Source: Candidatus Nomurabacteria bacterium
Lineage (GTDB): Bacteria > Patescibacteriota > Minisyncoccia > Phycocordibacterales > UBA918
Reading direction: 5' to 3'
Length of the DNA stretch: 64,000 nucleotides
Assembly (NCBI GenBank): GCA_020631995.1
Contig: JACKGJ010000002.1
Coordinates: forward strand, 26,773-90,772
Both the position numbers and the translations under genes were made by a program. This document shows positions 55,109-63,039 of the stretch, piece by piece (positions within the stretch are counted from its first letter, which is position 1; the number at the start of each line of letters is the position of its first letter). Under the pieces are notes generated by a model. The model saw only the letters and a list, made by a program, of their open reading frames with translations. It did not search any database and was not told where the DNA came from.

Positions 55109-55363
55109 ATGCTAGACAAACAACTAGAACACTCACTGGCTGACAAGAAAAAAATCATCATTCTCTACAGAGCGGTTGTGCATTATTCGCACAGCTCCGT
55201 TCAGGACACGGTGAGATTTCTTGTCCCACGTGTGCCCCTTTCTGATCTCGCAAAGATGGGAATTGAATGGGGTAATGCGCGGAGCTGGTGGGAGTGGAGA
55301 GTTACGGAAAAGGAGAAGCAGCGGCTTGGACTGGAATATAAATTTGCCGCAAAGCTTCCATGA
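55109..55363 (+). CDS. orphan hypothetical protein (84 aa), GC-elevated cassette 1
   Basis: SD AAAGGAG lies 5 nt before the ATG. A GC-rich terminator follows immediately. Trp-rich text (ARSWWEWRVTEKEKQRLG). No family recognised. Confidence 0.5.
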   Translation: MLDKQLEHSLADKKKIIILYRAVVHYSHSSVQDTVRFLVPRVPLSDLAKMGIEWGNARSWWEWRVTEKEKQRLGLEYKFAAKLP

Positions 55364-55365
55364 AC

Positions 55366-55398
55366 ATGCCCGGGTGCGTTTACCACGCACCCGGGCAT
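55366..55398 (+). terminator. GC-rich intrinsic terminator
   Basis: ATGCCCGGGTGCG-tttacca-CGCACCCGGGCAT followed by AATTTTAT. Confidence 0.8.
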
Positions 55399-55420
55399 AA
55401 TTTTATACCCGGCACAAAAT

Positions 55421-55450
55421 AAAAACTCCCTTTTGGGAGTTTTTACTTTT
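55421..55450. terminator. bidirectional intrinsic terminator (serves rplU on the minus strand)
   Basis: AAAAACTCCC-tttt-GGGAGTTTTT followed by ACTTTT. Its reverse complement is identical to the 24-nt hairpin at 37126-37149. Confidence 0.8.
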
Positions 55451-55458
55451 AGTCTTTC

Positions 55459-55803
55459 TTAGATCTTGGTGATTTCAACGCGTGAGTACTTCTGTCGATG
55501 ACCAATCTTTCGGTCACGGTTACTCTTAGCCTTATATCGAACGATAGTGATCTTCTTACCCTTCTTAAGTCCAAGGTAGGTAGCGGTGACAGTAGCGCCA
55601 TCAATGTATGGTGTACCAAGAGTGGCAGCCTTACCATCGTCAGACATTACAACTTTATCAAAAGTAACTTTGTCTCCTTCAGCGTAGTCACCCAAAAGCT
55701 CGACATCGATGATGTCGCCAGCAGAAACGGCATATTGCTTCCCTCCAGTTTCAATAACTGCGAAGTCGGTGCCGAGTTCTTTTTTAGGCGCTTTTGTAGG
55801 CAT
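55459..55803 (-). CDS. rplU: 50S ribosomal protein L21 (short basic N-terminal extension)
   Basis: FAVIETGGKQYAVSAGDIIDVE...RYKAKSNRDRKIGHRQ. Confidence 0.9.
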   Translation of the reverse strand: MPTKAPKKELGTDFAVIETGGKQYAVSAGDIIDVELLGDYAEGDKVTFDKVVMSDDGKAATLGTPYIDGATVTATYLGLKKGKKITIVRYKAKSNRDRKIGHRQKYSRVEITKI

Positions 55804-55830
55804 AGTGGCGATATCCTACCTCAAAGATGG

Positions 55831-56139
55831 TCAATTTGCAATACTGCCGTCACCCTTGCGGGCTTTCTTAAGAATCCACTGAACTAAGCCCATACTCAAA
55901 CCTATTAGTGTGACCAGTCCTCCGACCGGAACAGTAAAAAGGGCCAACCACCCCATTATGCCCATAATGGAAAGCAATTCTCCCCAATCAATACCTCCAA
56001 TAATGCAAGGATGAGCAGAACTTTCATCTAATGCACAACCACCAAGGTTGGCGACTGTTAGTGCTGTCAATAATGAAATGATAGGTAATATTGCAAAAAG
56101 AATTCCACCAAAAACTAAGAATTTAACCAGTTTTTTCAT
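55831..56139 (-). CDS. small multi-pass membrane protein
   Basis: 102 aa with three hydrophobic segments and a basic C-terminus. Confidence 0.5.
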   Translation of the reverse strand: MKKLVKFLVFGGILFAILPIISLLTALTVANLGGCALDESSAHPCIIGGIDWGELLSIMGIMGWLALFTVPVGGLVTLIGLSMGLVQWILKKARKGDGSIAN

Positions 56140-56159
56140 AATATTAGACTGCTTAATAA

Positions 56160-57212
56160 CTAATCATCCTCATCCTTCGTTGGCTTGTCTAGTGTCATCA
56201 CCTCCACTCCTCCGACTTCGCCGGTGATACGAGTGACATCCTTATCCATCTTAGCTAGTTCCTTGTATCCAGCGTTGTAGTGATTAACGGTAGTGGCTAG
56301 TGTATTACCCAGCTTCTGATAGTAGTCTTCGTACTTTCCAATATGAATACCGAGCTTTTCAACATTCTTGATGATGTCCTTGGCCTTCTCTTCAATCTCC
56401 AGAGCTTTGAGACCTTGGAGTACGGTTTGAAGATAAGCCAAGAATGAGGTTGGTGAAACAATAATGACCTTGTACTTTCCAGCTGCTCGCTGAATGAGGT
56501 TCTCTTCCCCGCCGGTGATGTGATTTGAAAGTAGGTCGTAGTAGACACCTTCGGACGGAATAAACATAAAAGCAAAGTCAGTAGTCTTCTCGGTTGGACG
56601 CACATACTTGGCGGTTTCAGTAATACGGTTTTTAAGGTCATTGATGAAAAGTTTTTCAAGCGCTGCTCGTTCAGCTGGATCATGCGCTTCCACCAGACGG
56701 TTATAGTTTTCGAGTGAAAACTTTGAGTCGATAGGAATCACTTTATCTTTCACGAAAACGGCCGCATCCACTATCTCACCGTTTTCAAAAGCGTACTGCA
56801 TTTGAAAACTGCCTGGTGGCAGGACATTCTGAAGCACAGTCTCTAAATAATACTCACCAAGAATTCCACGTTGTTTAGGGTTTTTTAGTACATCTTGGAG
56901 TTGGCGGAGCTGTTCGGCGAAGCCAACTACCTGGCGGTTGGTTTCTCCAAGTTTAGTTAAACCCTCAGTTACTTCGCGTACGATTTTATTTGATTCACCG
57001 AGCTGAGTCTTTACTGACTCTTGAATGGCACGGTTTCCCTCACCGAGTCTCCGGTCCATCGTGTCGCGCAGTGTCTCCATTTGTTGCTGAATAAACAAAA
57101 GGCCGTCTCGTCCTTCGGTTTTATCTTCGGTCTTTCTAAAGAAGGTTGAGTAAACCTGGATCAGTAAAACTGCTGCCAATACCACCACTACAATGATTTG
57201 AATCACTTCCAT
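56160..57212 (-). CDS. rmuC: DNA recombination protein RmuC
   Basis: N-terminal TM, a coiled coil, and FAFMFIPSEGVYYDL. Extended -10 TGtTAAAAT (complement of 57220-57228) lies 7 nt before the ATG. Confidence 0.85.
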   Translation of the reverse strand: MEVIQIIVVVVLAAVLLIQVYSTFFRKTEDKTEGRDGLLFIQQQMETLRDTMDRRLGEGNRAIQESVKTQLGESNKIVREVTEGLTKLGETNRQVVGFAEQLRQLQDVLKNPKQRGILGEYYLETVLQNVLPPGSFQMQYAFENGEIVDAAVFVKDKVIPIDSKFSLENYNRLVEAHDPAERAALEKLFINDLKNRITETAKYVRPTEKTTDFAFMFIPSEGVYYDLLSNHITGGEENLIQRAAGKYKVIIVSPTSFLAYLQTVLQGLKALEIEEKAKDIIKNVEKLGIHIGKYEDYYQKLGNTLATTVNHYNAGYKELAKMDKDVTRITGEVGGVEVMTLDKPTKDEDD

Positions 57213-57401
57213 AAGGGCTATTTTAACATAGGGTATTAATGGGCTCTGTCACTAGGGCCTACACGTATCATTGATGATACGTAGACCCTCCTTATTATCG
57301 ATGATAAGGAGAGAGGAGGTTGATAGTAAATGAAGTCGGAGGTCTTGTTTATGACAAAAAGTTTAATCCCGAATAAATAGGATTACGAGTACTATAAAAT
57401 C

Positions 57402-57457
57402 GAAAAAAAGAAAATCGCCACCCAAAGAATCACGGATGGCGATTTTCTTGGGTGGCG
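57402..57457 (-). terminator. intrinsic terminator of GC-rich cassette 2 (two overlapping alternative hairpins)
   Basis: Read on the minus strand: CGCCACCCAAGAA...TTCTTTGGGTGGCG followed by ATTTTCTTTTTTT. An alternative 12-bp pairing is AGAAAATCGCCA / TGGCGATTTTCT. Confidence 0.7.
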
Positions 57458-57464
57458 AAAGTTG

Positions 57465-58085
57465 TTAATCGCTCATCACCATAGCAAGGCGTTGAACAGC
57501 GATGTCGAGAGTGCCGAATTGTGAATTGCGCTTGAGAAATTCGACGGCAACCTTCGCCCTGAGCTTCTCATTCCGCTTTCCGCTATCGAAAAGGGCTTCA
57601 CGGAGACGCCCTTGTGCCATCCATAGGCCAGGCAGGAACCATAGCTCCCAGAACTGACCGGACTTCATGTCTCGTTGGGAACGCATACAGACGAATCCAC
57701 ACTCCGTCAGAAAATTCGCCTGATCCTTGTAGTTCTGTGGCGTGTAGTGGAACCCGCAGAGATGCTGGATAATGATTGAGGGAGAGCTGTGGCGATGGTA
57801 TGCCTCAACGCTGTCGCCCAGAGAAAACATTTCCATCTGCACCGACGCAGGGTTACCAGCCGGTTGCCAAAACGGATGCATCTCCATATCCTGCTCTGGT
57901 GCCGGTAGCTGCTCGTATGCAGGTACGTGCTCCAAACGGCCGTCTTGTCCACGCCGCACCCAGTGGAAGCCTGCTTTGAAAGCACCAAGGAGGAGATCAG
58001 TCTCTTCCTCCTGCGCTCCACTGATGGTGAATCTGCCAGGACCGTGTGCGGACACGTCAATCGTTGCAATTTCGTCGGTCTTCAT
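57465..58085 (-). CDS. orphan hypothetical protein (206 aa), GC-rich cassette 2
   Basis: Track ORF 57465-58103. SD AGGAG lies 8 nt before ATG 58085 (MKTDEIATIDV...). My hand count of 57841-57940 gives 59 G+C per 100 nt, against 44 per 100 in 56401-56500. Three overlapping shadow ORFs are typical of a GC-rich insert. No family recognised. Confidence 0.6.
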   Translation of the reverse strand: MKTDEIATIDVSAHGPGRFTISGAQEEETDLLLGAFKAGFHWVRRGQDGRLEHVPAYEQLPAPEQDMEMHPFWQPAGNPASVQMEMFSLGDSVEAYHRHSSPSIIIQHLCGFHYTPQNYKDQANFLTECGFVCMRSQRDMKSGQFWELWFLPGLWMAQGRLREALFDSGKRNEKLRAKVAVEFLKRNSQFGTLDIAVQRLAMVMSD

Positions 58086-58260
58086 GGTGATGACTCCTGT
58101 CAATGAAAGTTGATACCGATGGCTACAATGTCACATCTACTCGCTAAACACAAGACTGCTTAATTAGACGGATTTCCTGAAAAAGAACAGTATATGATTC
58201 CAACCCCGACCCACTAAGGTCACTTTCCACTTTCCACTTTTAACTCTATACTAGTTTTAT

Positions 58261-58716
58261 ATGTCATTACATTCCGATATCAAAGGTGAACTTAAGGAGG
58301 CGATGAAAGCTAGGGACGAAGTGCGACTACGTACTGTTCGTGGCATGATGACCGCTTTTACCAATGAGTTAGTAGCGACTGGTAAAACACCACAGGATGA
58401 ACTAGATGATGCTAGTGTTTTAGCGGTTATTAAGCGTTTGGCTAAACAACGCAAGGAGTCTATTGTGCAGTTTGAAGCCGCAGGGCGAAATGAATTGGCT
58501 GAGCCTGAGAAGCTTGAGCTTGTAGTACTTGAGGGCTACCTTCCTCAAATGATGAGTCAGGAGGAAATTGAACCAATTGCTAAAGCTAAGCTTGAAGAAA
58601 TGGGTATTGCTGACAAATCTAAAATGGGAGTCGCTATTGGTGCAGTAATGAAGGAATTGAATGGAAAGGCAGACGGAGGTGATGTGAAGGTAGTGGTTGA
58701 AAAACTCCTCACCTAA
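58261..58716 (+). CDS. GatB/YqeY domain protein
   Basis: LKEAMKARDEVRLRTVRGMMTAF...LEGYLPQMMSQEEIE. TATACT (58247-58252) lies 8 nt before the ATG. Confidence 0.85.
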   Translation: MSLHSDIKGELKEAMKARDEVRLRTVRGMMTAFTNELVATGKTPQDELDDASVLAVIKRLAKQRKESIVQFEAAGRNELAEPEKLELVVLEGYLPQMMSQEEIEPIAKAKLEEMGIADKSKMGVAIGAVMKELNGKADGGDVKVVVEKLLT

Positions 58717-58848
58717 AGCTTGCTTTTAAATCGCGATTTGCTACGTTGGACCGCAAAAAATGGCACTCACTGGACTACCTCTGTCCCGTTCGTGCCCTTT
58801 TTCTTGTCCGCTTTGCATATCATCAATTTTAAAACAATCTTATGAGTA

Positions 58849-58887
58849 TGTGGATAAATTGCTTTTTATGCAATTTTGTGGTATATT
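58849..58887 (+). promoter_or_regulatory. perfect DnaA box abutting a sigma70-type promoter (TTGCTT-N17-TGgTATATT)
   Basis: TGTGGATAA at 58849-58857, -35 TTGCTT at 58859-58864, and extended -10 TGg-TATATT at 58879-58887. Confidence 0.5.
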
Positions 58888-58935
58888 ATAGGTCGGTATA
58901 GAGTATTGACGACAATCTATCAAGGAGATTCAGTC

Positions 58936-59253
58936 GTGAACTCACAAAGACAATTTGTTTCTGGACTTCCTGGTCCAGATAGAACCCAGAAGAAAACGTT
59001 ACAACAAGCGTTGGATGATTTGGGTCGAGCCATCCAGGAAAGAAAGTTGCGTGACAGGCACATTCCTCCTAGCGATCATTCCTCCAATGAGGTGAAAGAA
59101 AAAGAGGAAGAAAAAAAAGCCCTCCTCGAGGAACTGGATGCTGAGGAGTGGTACGCTGAGAAAGCTCGGCGTGAGAAAGTCCAAGCTGCTTTCGCGGCAG
59201 CCTGGGCACGGCGCGACCATCTTCTTTCTGACGATGACCAGTTACCCTTCTGA
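58936..59253 (+). CDS. orphan hypothetical protein (105 aa), GC-elevated cassette 3
   Basis: Lies in track ORF 58876-59253. SD AAGGAG lies 8 nt before GTG 58936. Charged helical text (EEKKALLEELDAEEWYAEKARREKVQAAFAAAWARR). A GC-rich terminator follows. Confidence 0.45.
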   Translation: MNSQRQFVSGLPGPDRTQKKTLQQALDDLGRAIQERKLRDRHIPPSDHSSNEVKEKEEEKKALLEELDAEEWYAEKARREKVQAAFAAAWARRDHLLSDDDQLPF

Positions 59254-59260
59254 CGAAACC

Positions 59261-59290
59261 CACCCGCGACCTTTGCTAAGGCCGCGGGTG
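59261..59290. terminator. GC-rich hairpin between convergent genes
   Basis: CACCCGCGACC-tttgctaa-GGCCGCGGGTG followed by AATTGTTTAT. Confidence 0.6.
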
Positions 59291-59296
59291 AATTGT

Positions 59297-60001
59297 TTAT
59301 ATCTCCTCCGCATCCTCAACTTTAAATTCCCCTACTTTGGTGCGACGAAGTGATTCAAGTCTGGCTGGGTAATCACCCAGTCGTTTGCCAAGTTCCTCTC
59401 CCAGTGAGCGAATATATGTTCCACTACCCACATAAAAACGGGCTTTAATTATTACGGTTTTGGTTTCAGTATCATATTTAATATCAAGAAGCTCGGCTTC
59501 ATAGACTTTCATTTCACGAATTGGAAGCTCCGAGTCCTGTATCACTTCGTCTTGTCGCGCCACAGCGCGAGCTTTTTTATAAAACGGTACACCGTCTTGC
59601 TTGATAGCCGAGTAGGCGGAGACTGGAAGAGTTAAGGTGCCCACCATTGAGGCCAAGGCGACAGAAACTTTCTCCATAGAAAAAGTTTCTGTCGCATCCG
59701 CTTCAGTAATCTCCCTCTCCTTTAGTACTCGACCGTCTCTATCTCCACTCTCTGTTCTCACACCTATTAATATTTCGGTGACGTATTCTTTATCGAGCTT
59801 GGTGAGCTCGGTCAATTTCTTGGTCCCCTCACCTACTCCAATGATCATAAGTCCCGACGCTAAAGGGTCCAAGGTCCCAGCGTGACCCATCTTTCTAATA
59901 TTTAATTTGGGACGCAAACGGCGAATAACATCAAAGGACGATATTCCAACTGGCTTATCAATCAGTAGTATGTGTGGGTATATGGATGTGTTGATCATCA
60001 C
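59297..60001 (-). CDS. truB: tRNA pseudouridine-55 synthase
   Basis: LLIDKPVGISSFDV and GHAGTLDPLASGLMIIGVG. Its 5' end overlaps the 3' end of the ATPase gene by 44 nt. Confidence 0.9.
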   Translation of the reverse strand: MMINTSIYPHILLIDKPVGISSFDVIRRLRPKLNIRKMGHAGTLDPLASGLMIIGVGEGTKKLTELTKLDKEYVTEILIGVRTESGDRDGRVLKEREITEADATETFSMEKVSVALASMVGTLTLPVSAYSAIKQDGVPFYKKARAVARQDEVIQDSELPIREMKVYEAELLDIKYDTETKTVIIKARFYVGSGTYIRSLGEELGKRLGDYPARLESLRRTKVGEFKVEDAEEI

Positions 60002-62552
60002 GGTATACGATAATCCATTTTGCTAATTCAACCAAGGCAATGTTAGCGATTATCCATAGCATCACGAAGAAGAGCCAAGTAACAGGTAGTGCCACTGTTC
60101 CGAATAAACTCTGGAAGAATGGTAGGTAAATGGTTAATAGGATTAGACAGACCCCTAGTCCAAGCCCAAAGTTTAATACTTTATTCTCAAACATTGGATA
60201 GGTGAACAGAGGCTTGCGAAGATTGCGGAAAGAAACAGCCACAAAGAGGATATAGCTAGAAAAACAAGCAAACAAAAATGATCGGCCAATGGCATTATCA
60301 AAACCAAATTTTATCGTCAGATAGTGAAGGGCGAGAAGCGCTGCGGAACTCACAATACCAATCCCGAAAGTGAGGGCAACTACTTCGCGACTCAATATAG
60401 CTGGCTCCTTGTGACGACGGAATGTTCTTTGTTGGTCGAAAGCGTAAGCGATGGCCGGTATTCCTCCAGTGAAAAAGTTAACCCAAATAACCTGCAGTGG
60501 TGTGAGTGGTAGTGAGAGACCAAGTGCTAACGAACCACCAAGTAACACTATTTCATCAAAACAGTTGGACATTAGGTAGACAAAAGACTTGCGTATGTTG
60601 GCTATAATTAGTCGCCCTTCTTCTATAGCAGCCTTAATAGTATGGAAGTCGTCATCAAGGAGCACTAGGTCGGCTACTCCTTTCGCCACGTCAGTTCCGC
60701 TCCCTACTGCTACTCCAATCGATGCGCGCTTCAATGATGGCGCGTCGTTCACCCCATCTCCGAGCATTGCCACCACTTGCCCATCGGCTTCGAGCATCTC
60801 GATGAGGCGGTACTTATCACTTGGTGTCATACGCGCAAAGATGCGCACTCTCGATAACGCATCCTGCAGTTCTTCGTCTGTCATATTCCCCATACTCTCA
60901 CCGGTCAGAACGTGCTTGTCGCTCCCTGGCCAACCTAAAGACTTGGCAATAGCTATGGCGGTGCCAGGCAGGTCACCAGTAGCCATAATGATGCGACAGC
61001 CAGCCGATTCAATATTGGCTATTGCTTCTTTCATTTTGGGACGTAGTGGGTCGTAGAATACTAAGAGTCCGACGAACTCGATTGTGAAATCTTTATCCTC
61101 TCCCGGTCGTTTTATCCCTACTCCCAACAACCGCTTACCAGAACCGCTTTCCTTTTCTAAGGTATCGAGTACCTTTTGGTGATCCTTGGCAGTTAGTTTG
61201 GCGTGTCGCAGTAATACATCTGGTGCGCCGAGTATCACCTCCTTTCCATCAGACTCATATATAGAGTATTTGTGTGCAGATGAGAAAAGTTTTACCGGCT
61301 TAGTGTTCTTGAGAACCTTAAGTACATTGATCCCCTGTTTGATGGCTGCATTCACAATACCAACATCAAGGTGTCGACCGGTCACTTTCCATTTCTGTGG
61401 TGATTTATCAATGTTGCTGATAATAGTGGAGGTGTTAGCGACAGCGTAGGCTAAAATCGTTTTCTTGCTTTCGGTCACTGAGGGCGTTCCGTTTAGGATA
61501 GAAGCAATACTTAACACTTCAACTAACTCCAACTTCCCGGTGGTCAATGTACCAGTCTTGTCCGTGATGATTACATTCGTACTACCAAGCGTTTCAGCGG
61601 CGAGAAGTGAGCGCACAATACCGCGGCTTTTTGCAATACGCTCCACTCCGACCGCCAAGATAGCGGTGAGGCCAGGTGGCAAGGCTTCAGGAATAGCTCC
61701 GACGGCGATAGCTACTCCAAGTAGGAAGATGTCGAGGTGTTCCATTCCGCGTGCCATACCGAGTATGTACACCACTCCTACTAGTACGAGTGTGATAAAG
61801 GTAATAACCCAGCCCAGTGACGAGACAGCTTTCTGAAGCGGAGTCTTTTCGCTTTTTTGGGTCAGAACTGATTCTGCTATCTGACCAAATTCCGTCTCTA
61901 TTCCAGTGGCGGTGATTAATATACGCCCTTGTCCTTCGGCTACGTAGGTACCGCCAAAGACCATATTGGAACGCTCTGGCAGTGAAGATGCTTCGGCGAG
62001 CACGCCACCTTGCTTGACTACTGGTAGGGATTCTCCGGTCAGGATAGACTCATCTATAGCGAGTTCGTGACTTTCGATTATCCGACCGTCGGCGGGAATG
62101 CGCTCTCCAGCGCGCAGTAAGATGATATCGCCTGGTACAGTCCACTTAGCTTCGGCTTCCATTTCGCGACCATCTCTTATGAAACGTACGCGTTCTTCAA
62201 TATATGACTTCAACGCAGCAGTTGCTCTTTCGGCTTTGTATTCTTGATAGAATCCCAAGCCTACTGAAGTAACAACAGCTAGCAAGATAAACAGAGCGTC
62301 TACTATATCTTCAAAGTATAAGGTGACAGACGCAGCTACTAACAGGATGATGATAAGAGGGCTAGCAAACTGTCGCAAAAAAGTCAGTAATGTTGAGTGA
62401 TTAGCACCCTCACCAAAAGTGTTTTGCCCGTAGGTGGTTAGTCTATCTTTTACTTGCTTTTCAATCAGTCCGTCCCCCTTACTCACCTCTAGTTGTTTTA
62501 GAAGAGAGTCGATATTCTTTGCCCACGCGTTTTGGATAGTGTTAGGTTTCAT
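59958..62552 (-). CDS. P-type cation-transporting ATPase (P2-like, Ca2+/Mg2+ type)
   Basis: LTGESLPV, ITDKTGTLT, MATGD, GDGVNDAPSLK, and about 10 TM segments. TATACT (complement of 62560-62565) lies 7 nt before the ATG. Confidence 0.9.
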   Translation of the reverse strand: MKPNTIQNAWAKNIDSLLKQLEVSKGDGLIEKQVKDRLTTYGQNTFGEGANHSTLLTFLRQFASPLIIILLVAASVTLYFEDIVDALFILLAVVTSVGLGFYQEYKAERATAALKSYIEERVRFIRDGREMEAEAKWTVPGDIILLRAGERIPADGRIIESHELAIDESILTGESLPVVKQGGVLAEASSLPERSNMVFGGTYVAEGQGRILITATGIETEFGQIAESVLTQKSEKTPLQKAVSSLGWVITFITLVLVGVVYILGMARGMEHLDIFLLGVAIAVGAIPEALPPGLTAILAVGVERIAKSRGIVRSLLAAETLGSTNVIITDKTGTLTTGKLELVEVLSIASILNGTPSVTESKKTILAYAVANTSTIISNIDKSPQKWKVTGRHLDVGIVNAAIKQGINVLKVLKNTKPVKLFSSAHKYSIYESDGKEVILGAPDVLLRHAKLTAKDHQKVLDTLEKESGSGKRLLGVGIKRPGEDKDFTIEFVGLLVFYDPLRPKMKEAIANIESAGCRIIMATGDLPGTAIAIAKSLGWPGSDKHVLTGESMGNMTDEELQDALSRVRIFARMTPSDKYRLIEMLEADGQVVAMLGDGVNDAPSLKRASIGVAVGSGTDVAKGVADLVLLDDDFHTIKAAIEEGRLIIANIRKSFVYLMSNCFDEIVLLGGSLALGLSLPLTPLQVIWVNFFTGGIPAIAYAFDQQRTFRRHKEPAILSREVVALTFGIGIVSSAALLALHYLTIKFGFDNAIGRSFLFACFSSYILFVAVSFRNLRKPLFTYPMFENKVLNFGLGLGVCLILLTIYLPFFQSLFGTVALPVTWLFFVMLWIIANIALVELAKWIIVYRDDQHIHIPTHTTD

Positions 62553-62603
62553 TTATACCAGTATAACGTGGCGCTATATGAAAATGACCGTGGTTTCAAC
62601 AGG

Positions 62604-63011
62604 TTAAACAACCAACATATCTTTCACTGATAGATGGTCATATTTTTGAATAGCCCGCTTTCTTTCTTTGTAATCTGGTATCGTCTCACCAACCAAGTCC
62701 CAAAAACGTTGCGAGTGGTTAAGTTCTTTTAAATGACAGAGTTCGTGAACGATAATGTAGTCACATAACTCTGGTGGTATGAATAATAAGCGGTAGCTAA
62801 AGTTTAAGTTACCAAGAGCAGAGCAACTGCCCCAACAACGCTTCTGGTTGCGAATAGCGACACGTTTGTATATAAGACCATAGTGAGTATTAAAAAATTC
62901 TAGGCGTGCGTGCACCAAGGCGCGAGCCGCTTCCTTATTATCTATATAGTGTTTGGTGACTGATGAAGTGCGGCGCCTACGGCGCCGCACAATTTTAAAC
63001 CACTTCTGCAT
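62604..63011 (-). CDS. YgjP-like (DUF45/M48-related) zinc metallohydrolase, short form
   Basis: VHELCHLKELNHSQRFW contains the HExxH motif. Confidence 0.75.
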   Translation of the reverse strand: MQKWFKIVRRRRRRTSSVTKHYIDNKEAARALVHARLEFFNTHYGLIYKRVAIRNQKRCWGSCSALGNLNFSYRLLFIPPELCDYIIVHELCHLKELNHSQRFWDLVGETIPDYKERKRAIQKYDHLSVKDMLVV

Positions 63012-63039
63012 AAAAGTATCAAACCTAGTGCCCCTTAAG

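Noticed and set aside
57707-58113. Three overlapping ORFs (57707-58069 minus, 57772-58113 plus, 57776-57979 plus).
   Set aside because: This is a GC-rich-region artefact. Only the 57465-58085 frame has an SD, a terminator and a non-degenerate sequence.
58221-58241. CACTTTC CACTTTC CACTTTT triple heptamer upstream of yqeY.
   Set aside because: Only three short copies occur in an AT-rich promoter region, which is too little to call a functional repeat.
60324-61836. + strand ORFs of 62-155 aa antisense to the P-type ATPase gene.
   Set aside because: The minus-strand frame carries all P-type ATPase signature motifs. The antisense frames are S/P/A-rich with no signals.
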